A stretch of 64,000 nt of DNA from Phoronis australis (taxonomy: Eukaryota; Animalia; Phoronida), in contig NMRA01000087.1 of assembly GCA_002633005.1 (NCBI GenBank), positions 312,291-376,290 on the forward strand, read 5' to 3'. A program made the position numbers and the translations under genes. Shown in pieces: positions 38,301 to 50,300 of the stretch (the first letter of the stretch is position 1; each line of letters opens with the position of its first letter). The notes under the pieces are model-generated. The model had not been told where the DNA came from and ran no database searches. It was given only the letters and a program-made list of their open reading frames with translations.

Positions 38301-41300
38301 AATCTACCAACTTGCAGGCAAGGTCCAGATTATACCCCGGTTACCATTATGGGCAACGCTAAGCCAGAGGCTGCTGGACTTAATTTCGGTCAGCGATATT
38401 CATTGAAAATGTATTTCCATGTAGGAACACAGTTAATTGAGCATTGCAAGCAGGTTCATAAAATATACTAAACAGTCCTGCCTATCAAACTTTAAAACTG
38501 CTATTTGAAAAACTATACATTTTCAAGAGCTAATGATTCCACCATTTTGTAGAACATAAAAAGCCATGGAAATCACGTGTGTGAATCATAAAAATCAGTT
38601 CACCGTAAATGCATGGGTCTACTTACGTCAAGTTAAATTGACATCAGATGCTTTACTAAGGAAATCAGTGCCCATACAATTATCTTCACATGAATGGTCT
38701 TGTGTTTTAAGCCACACAGGAGATATTGAAATTGATGCAGTGCCAAAGGGTTCTTAAGGGAGTACCTTTCTGCACGTTGAAATGTGCTTAATCAAGGCGT
38801 TAAGTTTTACATAATCAGCGCATAGTTTTCCTTAATCACTGCATACTTTCAGTTCTTAAGTGATCATCGTTCTGCTCATAATCAACGTGTAGTTGTACTT
38901 AATCAAATACTTTTAGTCAGTTCGATAGTCTAATTACGCCCTGGCTTGCTCTCAAATCTCAAAATGGCGAAAGACTTTCTTCATGGGTGTAAGGCAACTT
39001 TTGAAGAATGTTGCTGATTCTTATCATGTGACCTCAAAAATGGTGGTGTCGTTAACTTTGTTAGGAACGGGAATGTTTCAAAGTAGTAGATTAAGTAAAA
39101 TCACACATTGATTAAGCAAAAGTGCACGTTATATAAGAGCAGAGGTATGATTATTTAAAAGTGTGCATAAAATAGGTAAAACTACACGTTGATTAAGCAA
39201 ACTACCGGTACATGTATATGTTGATTAAGCACATTTCAATGTGCGGAAAGGTACTCGTTTAAGAACCCTTTGGCACTTCATAGAAATGAGATGTCTTAGG
39301 ACTTCTGTATGATGAGTTAATCCTGGCTGGTATTCAGTCTATATGACAATTTCATGTCTTGACTCACTGCAAATTGTCATGTTGTACAAACGTATCATTT
39401 GAAAATAATCAACTCGATGCAAACAGTTTTGACGATGATCCTTCTGGAGGTTGTCAACAATACTTTTTTATTCCGAAAGGTGTGTGAATTATTCTTTTTA
39501 GTTTTTATTTTTATTCATGTTATCGCAGAATCCAGTAACAAAGAACTTCCCACCATGCTTCACTTCGCCGCTAAATTTGGCCTCGAACATTTCTGTGTCC
39601 AACTTATGAAGTGTCCTGGGGCAAGTTGGGCCTTCTCCATTGACAACAAGTATGGTGACTATCCTTCAAGCATAGCTGAAAAAGCAGGATACAAGGAGCT
39701 TGCACAGTACTTGGAGGAGGAACTGGTAAGATATCCAACAGGCAGTGATGGCTGCCTTACCTACAAAGTCTTAGTACGGTGGACATTCTTCACTTTGGTA
39801 CACAATAAGTCGGACAGGTGAAATTTTGTTTTGTCAGATTTCTCAACAAAAATGACTCTTTCAGAAAAAACTTACTTTGCTTTTCGCATAGTTTTTGTAG
39901 CGTATATTACCAAGCAACGTTTGGTAAAATTTTTAGCGCTTGCATCTTTTATGTGGTAAGCTTCTTAAAATAGAAACATATATATGGCAATTTTAACTAT
40001 AATTTTTGCCCTAAATTGAAGAATTTTTGCTGTTATGTGAGACGAACTTGGCTTGTCCCTGGGGATTAGCGGCCTTCTGGGAAATAAGACCATCACTGCT
40101 GTTAGCCTTTGAGTCTGCTTTCGCGAAATTTACTACGTAAGTCCCTTGCTCTTAACTTTTATAGGAGCTCAAATTCTAATGTTCAGTGGACTGTATAGTT
40201 TTCCATTATGCACAGTCCATATAAAAGACTGTTTAGGAGATACGGTAGTCGTGCTTGAAAAAGTTTACCACCATCATTCCGTCTGTGAGGAATTACGATT
40301 ACTAAAATTGCTAAATTCTCTCACCCTCCTTGTGGAAAGTGGGCATAAATCCACCTTCCATCACAAAAACAACTTTTGATGTAGACCACTCACTGTCTTA
40401 AATTGGTCTTAAATTGTTCCTTGAATTGGTGAAGTTGGGAGTTGATTTCAATGCTTCAAAGATCTGACTGTACATTAGTGCTTGAATCTGAGGCTTGCTA
40501 TTTTATGCGTCAAGTGCGATTTGAATGGTAATAAATAAATGAACTGCCAATTCCTTACAAATCCAGAAATTCATTCTCATCGGTGTGAGGAATTGGTTGA
40601 GATTGGTTTTACAGTCTGGGGTAAGTGGTCCAAATCAAAAGTTCCTGTGTGTTTCAGATTTGCACACTCTTGAATCTTAAATTACTCAGCGGAACTTTTG
40701 GCCGTCTGAGTATTGTCAGGTGTCAACTCTCATGGGCTGAAATTCACCTGGATGTAATTATCTGTTTTAGGAAATGTTGACCGTACGAAGCACTATGGAG
40801 GAAGTTTATGCGAACATGGACACTTACGTGCCAGCACCATGTTCTCCAGGAGAGGGCGGAGGCTATGTTCTTTCAGATCAGCACTACACCAATCGAAACG
40901 TAGGCTTCCAACCTTATAGTAATGGTAAGCATTAAATTTTTTGCTTTTTTCTACATTTGGGCCACGGTGCTGATTTTGTTCCGAGCTAATTAAGACTGAA
41001 ATTGGGTCTCATTTGGGATCATGAAGGACGTGTGATACTTTTTCTATTAATTTGTGCCAACATTGCTATCTAGTCAGAACGGTAAGCAAAGTTTCATCGA
41101 AGCTTTGTTAATTCCAAATTTCCCCTAATTGGAAAGCGACAACAGTTTCGCAGCAGCCTTTGACTTCATATTTATTTAATAAAGAGTTTTACCATCTGTT
41201 CCCTCTGTCTTTAGTCTCTTCCTTTGTGGTTGATTATTACTTCAAGGCACATGTGTCTAGAAGTTTCAACCGCCTTTGAATACAAGACCTGTTATTGCAC

Positions 41301-44300
41301 TGGTACATTGTATTTTTATATAGTTTCAGGTGGAGAGAGCAGCTATGACATCGCAGTTTCACATGCCATAACGGAAGAAGGTGACTACATGACCATGCAG
41401 GGTATGTCTATTATCTGTTCATTGAGCCTGATTCAGGTTAGTTCTACATCTTGAGGTATCCCGCATTCATTTTTTTTGCCTCTACACAAAATTGCTTAAA
41501 GTTTTCTTGAAGCTGTGTATTCATGAGTTGAATTTTTGATAAGACAAATAATTAAAGATTGCTACATCACTGCTGCAGCATCACTTTCTGAAACAACCAC
41601 AGAACAAAACGAAATAGGCTTTTTGGCCTTATCACTAATTTTTTCTGAGATCCAGTTTAAACGATAATTATAATGCCAAAAAATGATAACTTTTAAGTAA
41701 ATAATATTACAACTGGATGTAATGTGATGTTCTAAAGACCCCATGTTGGTCAGACCTGAGGACCTTTGTGAAAATCGTATTGTTCATAACTTTGGCAAGT
41801 CTTCAAAATGACTAACAAATCAATTTTCAAAAAGATGTTTGTCTTTACTTTTTAGGCAGGGTTCTTGGTGAAGATGTTCAGGGTCTATATTTGGATGTTG
41901 AAAATATTGAACCTCGTCCGTTGGCAAAACCAGGTAAAAATTAAAGAGTTATGATCTTAATTTGCTGCCGAAGAATTAAACGCAGTTTTGACTGAAACAC
42001 ATCGAAAAACTGGAAGCACGGTTGCATGCTGTCATGGGCCTTTTAAAACGTTGAGGCCACAAACATTGTTGGTGAATTTTTAAGTGTGATTGTAAAAGAA
42101 TCAGACAAGTAAACAAAGTTAAATGTTCATTAATCAAACGAAAACTGTAACAGGCCAATCTGTGCCATAACAATTACCCAACTAACAAGATGTCCCCAGA
42201 CGACAATAGCAGATATTGTCACAAGCGTTCAAACTAAGATCTCCAATGCCCAGTTGCATGAAACAGTCCCAAATAGGAACTCGACTTAGTTCCCTAAATC
42301 TACTGCAGATTTGTGGACTTGTGAAAACACTGATTGTCCTTTCGTATGCTGTTTTTGTTTCATTGCCAAGTCAACTTTTGGCTTTGATACAAATCGAGAG
42401 TGAACTTGATGTTTAATGAATTCTCAATATTATCGAAAATATGCAGGGATCTTTTCATACGACACTCCTAACTTAAAGACTAAGTCCATATTTATTTTCC
42501 TTGAATTTAGGGCTCATTTTTTAGTTATATAATTAGAAAATGTAATTAGTCAAAAAGGAGCTCATTATAAAGATGGAGAAAAGATTACATCTGTAAACAA
42601 AGACGCAAACTGGCAAAACATTTAGGTAACTTATAGTTGAGTCCCTATTTGGGATTGCTTCATACAACTGGGCACTGGAGTTCAAAGTGCATTTGTTTAT
42701 CAGGTGAACTGTATTCCAACAATGACTACTCAATGATAATTAAAAGTACGGTATGACTAGAAACAAAGACCCCCTGCAGTAGGTGGGTCTGGAATTTTTG
42801 GAATCATTAGGCAAATATGACCAGCTCTGTAATGTTGGCAACCACTGTGGTTTGTTTGTAGACATGTCAACATTTTCTTAAGAGTCTGCTTTGAGAGAGG
42901 ACAGATCTTCACTAGATTTTGTTACCTTTTGTTACAAACTGATTTTCCCAGACTGTACTCAACCAGTAGCTTTTCCATGTATTTAAATTTACGTTTTACA
43001 AATTTTGTTTTTTGAGGTGTAAAAATTTGACTAAAAATCACCAAAATAGAACTTGTACTCGTATCAAGTTTGATGACTCCATCACACTGTACAGCAGTAG
43101 ATGCCCTACATGCCATCTTCATTACAAGTGACCCTACAACAAGGTACTCCTAGTTGTCACTAGAATTAGTAGTAGTCGGTGAACGCTATATAAACTGGGC
43201 AACTTGACACGTGTATGACAACTTGCCCCACGTTATCGAGGTAGGATATAACATGCTTAGAACCAGTTTGATGCCTGTTATTCACTGAGTGGAGAGAACT
43301 GGTTCTCAAAATGCCCACGCGTTATTTATCCGATTATTATCCCCTTTACTAGTTTATTTGTTGTATGGTGTAAGGTGCAATTTTTTATGGTAACTCATAG
43401 TGGACCAGGCTCTAGAAACTTGGTTATAGGGAACCTTACATAACCTGTCTGGTGATGACTCGTTATTCAGGCAAATTATAAGTTTCTATATTATAGAATT
43501 TCTTGCATAATATTTTGTGAATAAGCTATTATTTTTTAAATGTTTGATGATCACAGAATCTTATGTACAGAAATGATGCCCAGGGGATGTTTGTAATTAT
43601 GTGTTTGTGTTAAAAAATCATGGAATTTTTCACCAGACATGAATTTTTTCATGCAAAACAATGTAATGTATTTTTTCTTTTAAGTCAGTCAAATATAATT
43701 TTTGATTGAAAAAAACAAAAAATATTTGATTGTTGGCTGCTGAGCTCTCAGGCTTGAAGGCATTTAATAAAAGCATATAGCAAGATTTTGTGAACCTCAA
43801 AGATTTTAAAAATATACAATTTTATGAGTTCAGTGTTAATACCTAAAAATCCAATCCTGTGTACGAAAGGTCCTGTGTACGAAAGATAGCCTGTTACTTT
43901 AATAGCTCTGAGATAACATAAATATGTGGCTTAAGGTAATGGTTGTCACCTAGCTAATAAGTATCAGGCAGCTTGGCTTTCATCGAACACTTATTCTCTT
44001 ATTTGATCATCAATGTGAACATTAGGGCGTTGGAGGCTGGTGCCACATAAGTATGAGTTGGCCTCTAACCATGTGTAGTGATTCCCCTCAGAACAATACA
44101 GGGCTATGGGTGTGGACAGACCTTATCAGTGATGATATTGAATTATTTACAGATGACTAACCTTTTTGTCTTTTTAACATTGATTTTCAAGTGAATAGGA
44201 TCGGGGTGGGGGGAAGGGGTGAGGTGAAGAGACGATACAGCAACACCCCTATTCAATGGGGATTCTAAATGAAACTTAGTCGGATAGGTTTAGCATATTC

Positions 44301-47300
44301 CATCAAACTTCTCATTGTACTATTTCAAAGTCTCATGAATGCTACCAAAATTGTTACTCTTTACAGAGAGTAGGAGCCATTCATTTACCCATGGCCAGAG
44401 GGCAGCACCATCTGTGAAACCCAAACTAGCAGCAACACTTCCTCCTGGTGCTGTGCCTTCCTACAACGTTGGCGGGATTATGGGTGAGCCGCCCAAACGT
44501 AAGTGCCTCCTAGTGGTAATTGCATTTTTTACTTTTACCTAGTGTGTACCTTCTAAGTAAATTTAATTTAGTGATATGAGCACAGCCCCAGAAATCGCTG
44601 TCACTCCCTTACATCCGTTCACTAGTAAGGCCAAGCTCAGAGGAGCAGGAGACACTTTTGTGCAGTGCTCCGTTGTCTGCTAGACAGTACAGCCATGCAG
44701 GATTCAAACCCGGTTCTCCCCAATGGTAAGCGGAGCTCAATTTTTTAATTCCATGGCAGATTTTCATGAAATTTGACTAATATCTTTGTAAAGGATATGT
44801 TGCATTCCCATTTTTAAACAGATTTGTCATACTGTGCACCTCAGTGGCCACTGACTATTTCTTACGAGTTTCTCTTTTTACCAAACTGCTCCAAGGATCA
44901 GTACAAAAACTTGCAGATGTGTTCCTGCAGAGAAAACCATGGTTGACTTTGAGTTTCAGACGTTGATTTTTGGATAGCCTGACTACTGTGACAGCCCCTA
45001 GTGACATCTTTGACATTTTTGGCATCCACAGCTGTATCTCAGTCATAAACCCCTTGTAGGATCTTTGAGAAATATGACAAGAACGTTCGTAGGAATGTAA
45101 CAACAGATGGCAACTTCTTTCAGACATATCTGACTTTTGAATGCAGCTCATGGTGGCAATTTTATTTTTAGCTTTCACAGTTCCTTTTTCAAGCAGAATC
45201 GTGAGATGAAGTCTTCCCATTTTCAGACAGTTTCAACATATCCTGCACCACCTGGTGGACATTTTGTTTTTGGGGGTGTTTGTCTATACTACAGTTCATC
45301 TTTTTTATTACACTGACTAAGTCAATCTTTCATTGTAGCACCCCCTGGTGGTAGCAGGACAGAGCAGAGCTTACTGGACATAAACAAAGGTGTTGCTAGT
45401 GGTGAATATACTCAGGACGAAGCACTGAGTTTGTTCAGGGCCCTGAACATGCGTACCAATTTAGAAGGAGACTCTATGAAGGAAAGAAAGGTTAGCCAAT
45501 TTATTAATGAATTTCAACAGACACTGAAGGAAGGGTCTGGTAATTGGCTATCAACATAAGCCAGGGGGGTCCACTTTTATAAGAAGTGTGGGATGCCGAA
45601 CTTTTGTATTGCACAAAATATTCTTTATCAAGTAATCGGGTATGTCATGTCACATTATTTGATATTTTTTCTCTAAGCTTCATTCCTTATTCCCTGATTT
45701 ACCATTGCTTGGTTAGCTTGAAAAAAAAACAAATATAAGGAAGGTCAGGCTTGTTAACAAATCTTGAAGGAGCTTGGATGAGTGAGTCACCTTCTTTAGA
45801 AAACCTTGTTCCTTCATAACCATTGCTTAAGTAGGATTCTGGTCAGTAACCATAAGTAAGCTTTCTGGTCAGTAACAATTCAAGCTTACTGGTCAGTAAC
45901 AATTCAAGCTTACTGGTCAGTAACAATTCAAGCTTACTGGTCAGTAACAATTCAAGCTTACTGGTCAGTAACAATTCAAGCTTACTGGTCAGTAACAATT
46001 CAAGCTTACTGGTCAGTAACAATTCAAGCTTACTGCCTAAGTGAATTCCATCACTAACCCTAGCTCTTATGGAATTGTGGTCAAAATAAACATATGTGAT
46101 ATTCCATGATAAGGTAACTTGTGCGCTAAAACTGAGAAAGGCACTTGCCACATTGTTAGCAATGTTATTCAAGTTTAGTTCTGATGGAACCTTGAATAAG
46201 GTACGTCCAAAAATCTTAATGGCCACGTTAATTGAGAAATGTTGTCCAAGTCCGTCCTTGCCACTTGAGGACTATCCAAGCTTCATGAATTTAGTTTCAT
46301 ATTCGCTCTTACACAACATTGTATTCTCGACATACAATAAAGAATTTGTCATTCCTACCTTTCTCAGAAGCCAGCAAAAATGAACCCGAGATTCTCCTTC
46401 ATAGATGAATGCTTTAGTTTGCCTCAAGGCAGAGCATGTTATTGTATCCATAGTGACTAAATTTGTTGGGCACGTGTCATCTACTTAGAACTGGACAAGG
46501 AATAAAGGCAGAAATGATTTTTTGTTTCAGTTCAGGTGCTTATTTGACATTTGTGTGATGATAATGCTAAATGCCTTCGTAACTAGAAGGGAACTCAGTC
46601 AGGTGTAGGTAGTTGTCCCTCAATGCAAAAGGCTTCTTTGTCACTGTAGCATGAAGTTTTATTTCCTTTACCCGAAGACTATGTTGCCGCTGGAACACAA
46701 TACTAGTAGACAGAGTATTTTTCTCAATTCATTGACTAACAGATTTGTGAAAGTTGCACCTTACCCATCTATTGGATGTTGTAGAAACAAATCGATGACA
46801 TTCGCTCACAATACAGTCAAATGATCAACTACGTGAAGAAAGACAGCAAAAAGGAAGGTATTTTCTCCCGATTGTTCAAGATGAAAAAACGGAAACCATC
46901 TCTTGTGCCTGAGCCCAAGATAGAGCATTTATGTGGGGTAAGTTGACATTTATATGAAATACTTGAAGTGGTTTCGTGATTGTAAGTCTTTAATTATTTA
47001 GCACATAACATGGAGTCCAGTAGGATTACATTTTGTCGATTTTCTCAGAAACTAGACATCAATTAAGCAAATTTTGTTTCATTCTCAACATGGTATGTTT
47101 TGCGCAGATGTAATCTAATGAATGTTTTGTGGAACATAAACTACTTGTGGCAGTCAGTCTTTGACTTATGGGAAAATGGCCCTTTTTTGCGATTATTTTT
47201 GTTTTAAGAACTGTGTAATTGTAATTATTAGCTATTCAGGATTAGCATCTAGTATACTGGGAATGTCTGAAAATTTTTGCAAATTAAGCAAAGCACAGCA

Positions 47301-50300
47301 AGGGTAAGTGACCCGATTTTTCAAAGATATTGGAAAATGGACTGCATTCTCGTTATGGAACCTCCTTTACTGAGTTACAAAATTAATTTGGACGGAACTT
47401 ACTTATTTCAGAAGCAAATACTCTGAATTGGGATTTTTTTTGGGATTTTAATTACAGAAAATGAAATCAATAATCCATCAAATGTGATACCCAAGACTGA
47501 TTCTGAGCCTAACCTGTTCTATGATTGTTGCACATCCTCCTGAAGGGTCCGATGTTTTTTTCCTAATTTCTGATAGTGGCTCACTTGCCCTCAGGAGAAA
47601 GACATGGATGTGTATGAAATAACTAGTTCTGGGCTATGATGGTAGTAGGGCTTTGGTGGCATTTTTGGTAAAATTTTAAGCCATTTCAAACTTGTTTAAC
47701 TTAGTACAAACACATTCTTGGGCTTGTGAAACCTCCTGGTCTCACTTTATCTAGTAATAATTAGTTTTTAAGACACAAATCATTGTTTCTTAGTTTCTAA
47801 TCCCCATGCATTGCCATATTTGAAAACAGTGGAAGCTATATATGTTTTTGTGTGGAGCCCTTGACTGTGATAGAGAGTGTTATTGTTTCTATGTAGTTAT
47901 ATTACATACAATAAACTGGGCGAGTGGAGTTCATGGGTTGTTTTAGTGGGATAATCCACCACCACTATACAGTGGTAAAATCTCCCCACTTTATTTCACA
48001 ATGTGGTGAACTTTTGAAATTTATATCTTTTTTCTTGAAAGATAAGTGGCAATAAATAAATACTTCATCGTTTATGAGTTCTGTGACATGGCCACCATCT
48101 GACATTGTTTTGAGAAATTCTGGGCACTCACAACAGTACTAGAAGCCCTAATTTGAAAAATGAAAAGTGATCAACTGATTCGTAATTAGTTTTGCCTGAA
48201 ATTGGTGAAATTTTGCCGTAAAGTGATTGATTATAAGTTGAAGTTTGTGACTTCATCTTGACCTGATTAGGCTGAGTATACATGCACCGACACAAAAACG
48301 GTCCAGTATTCTTGAAGAATGTATTTATGCCTAATCGTTTTCCAAATGATGAAATAGTTCACCGAGTCATTTCTACTTCTGTCAGAAGTCTGCTGATCCA
48401 CCAGTTGCCTTGGCTGAAGAGGAGATGCCAACCTACCGTGAGTTGGAGCAATCCCCCAGTAAGAAGTGTTTACTAAACAGAGGCAGTTCTGCAAGTAAGT
48501 TGCTTAAAAACACATTTAGCATGTGATTTAACAGACCTTAGCATGTGTCTTTCGGACTGTATGCTTTATCAAGTCGGTTTTTATTCTATGACAGTTTTTG
48601 CTGTGAGATATACGTGCATTTACTAGACAAGTTTACCATGAAACAGTTTTTATTCCTCAGTGAATACCAAGTTGCTATCAGTGTAATTTGTTTTTTGATA
48701 GCATGAGTGGCTTAACAGTTTTGTAAAACACAGATTTTACAAAGGGTCAATAATTGTTGCTGCAGCAGTATAAGGAGGCTTATTAGTGTGGTGATGTGTC
48801 TTCTATTTGTTGGTGGTTGTTATTTTTTAAATTTCTTAATTAAAATAAGTTTAAACTCATTGGTTAGAGAATGATTGAATTATACCAAATTTTTACTGGG
48901 AGTAACTGAAGAGGTATGCGTAAGTCTCTGAGAAAGGCATACCGCACGACCTTTTTAACTTTTAGCCTACCCTTTCGACGTCAGTTTTGGCAGCATCAGA
49001 TTTTGTTAGTCGACCTGAGATTTTCGCTAAATGCGACTTAGCGTCAAAGTAGATTTGAAGCGTTGAATGTGATTACCATTGTCATGTCTTACAGGTCTGT
49101 CATCCAACGGGTCACGCAGCAGTACATTAAGCTCTTGTAGTGGAGGAGGACGGGATAGCGGCAGTTTTAGTTCTAACGATCCACCAACCGATGATGTAAG
49201 TGTTGTAGCATTGACTATAGTGCCCATTCTAACCAACAGATGGTTGGCTACCTCCTCCCTCTATCCCTCCCTCCCTCGCCCTGCCCCCCCTCGCCTCAAG
49301 TCTTTTGTACATTAGTCGATATAGTAAATTTAATAATTAAAAACATGAGTTGCTTTTTAATNTTTTGTCCCTCAAATCATATAATTGACTTCCACTGAAA
49401 TATGATCACTGAATTAATTGTCATACGTCTGTAGTTGCCAGATTGTGTTTTTTAAAAAGTTGCTGTTTTTCATATCTCTGTATGTATTCCCATGGTTACT
49501 GTGATCATTTTGAAATTTGATGTTTTTTGCTATTATTTAATTCTTCAGTGAGAAAAACTCAACTTAAAATCAACATTTTTCAAAATTCAAGTCTTTTGTA
49601 CATTAGTCGATATAGTAAATTTAATAATTAAAAACATGAGTTGCTTTTTAATTTTGACTTTTTGGCAGACTGTGTCGAGCCCCCATTAAACAGATATAAT
49701 GGAGCCACTGGATTTTTGATAGTTTCTATTGAAAGGAATTTTTGGGATTGCCAATGAAAAATATACTTTTAACAAACAATATGTATACTATGTGATTATT
49801 GCCTTTTTGAAACTGAAGTGTTCACCAAGGCTAACAAGCACTTTAATGTCTGACTGGATGACCTGATGGAAATCAAAAGGTATCGCTGAAGCAAAAGTCA
49901 TCATGTCCGTTATGTACCTGATGGCAGGCTACGAATTGTAGTGACTGTGGAAACTGCTTGCTGGTTAATTTCCAAGTCGATTTCTTTCAGTATGGAGGGA
50001 CTTATTCTTGTGTGGACCCTCTGATGCCTCCAATCCATGAAGTCGATCGTTCACCTCCTCAAGTATACCGGCGAGTGTCGGGGCATAGATCACAAAGTGT
50101 GAAAGGGGTGGGTAATTGAACAGCTGGTCTATGAGGGTCAGCTTCAATGGCATAGACAGTCTTCTCTGATCTTTATAAACTTACAAGTTCACAAAACTTG
50201 TAGTCTTATAAAAAGCACATTCCACCATCTCCTCACTTAAGTCGTTGTTAACGTTTGTTTAATAAATGAACACCATCAAAATGCATCAGGAGTAAATAGA

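Noticed and set aside
44690-44742. tRNA gene
   Set aside because: Only a B-box-like motif is present, with no foldable cloverleaf; kept as a possible SINE remnant.
45843-46226. ORF with (LELLLTSK)n repeats; possible CRISPR-like array
   Set aside because: It is the antisense reading of a head-to-tail 24-bp intronic minisatellite; there are no spacers and no cas genes.
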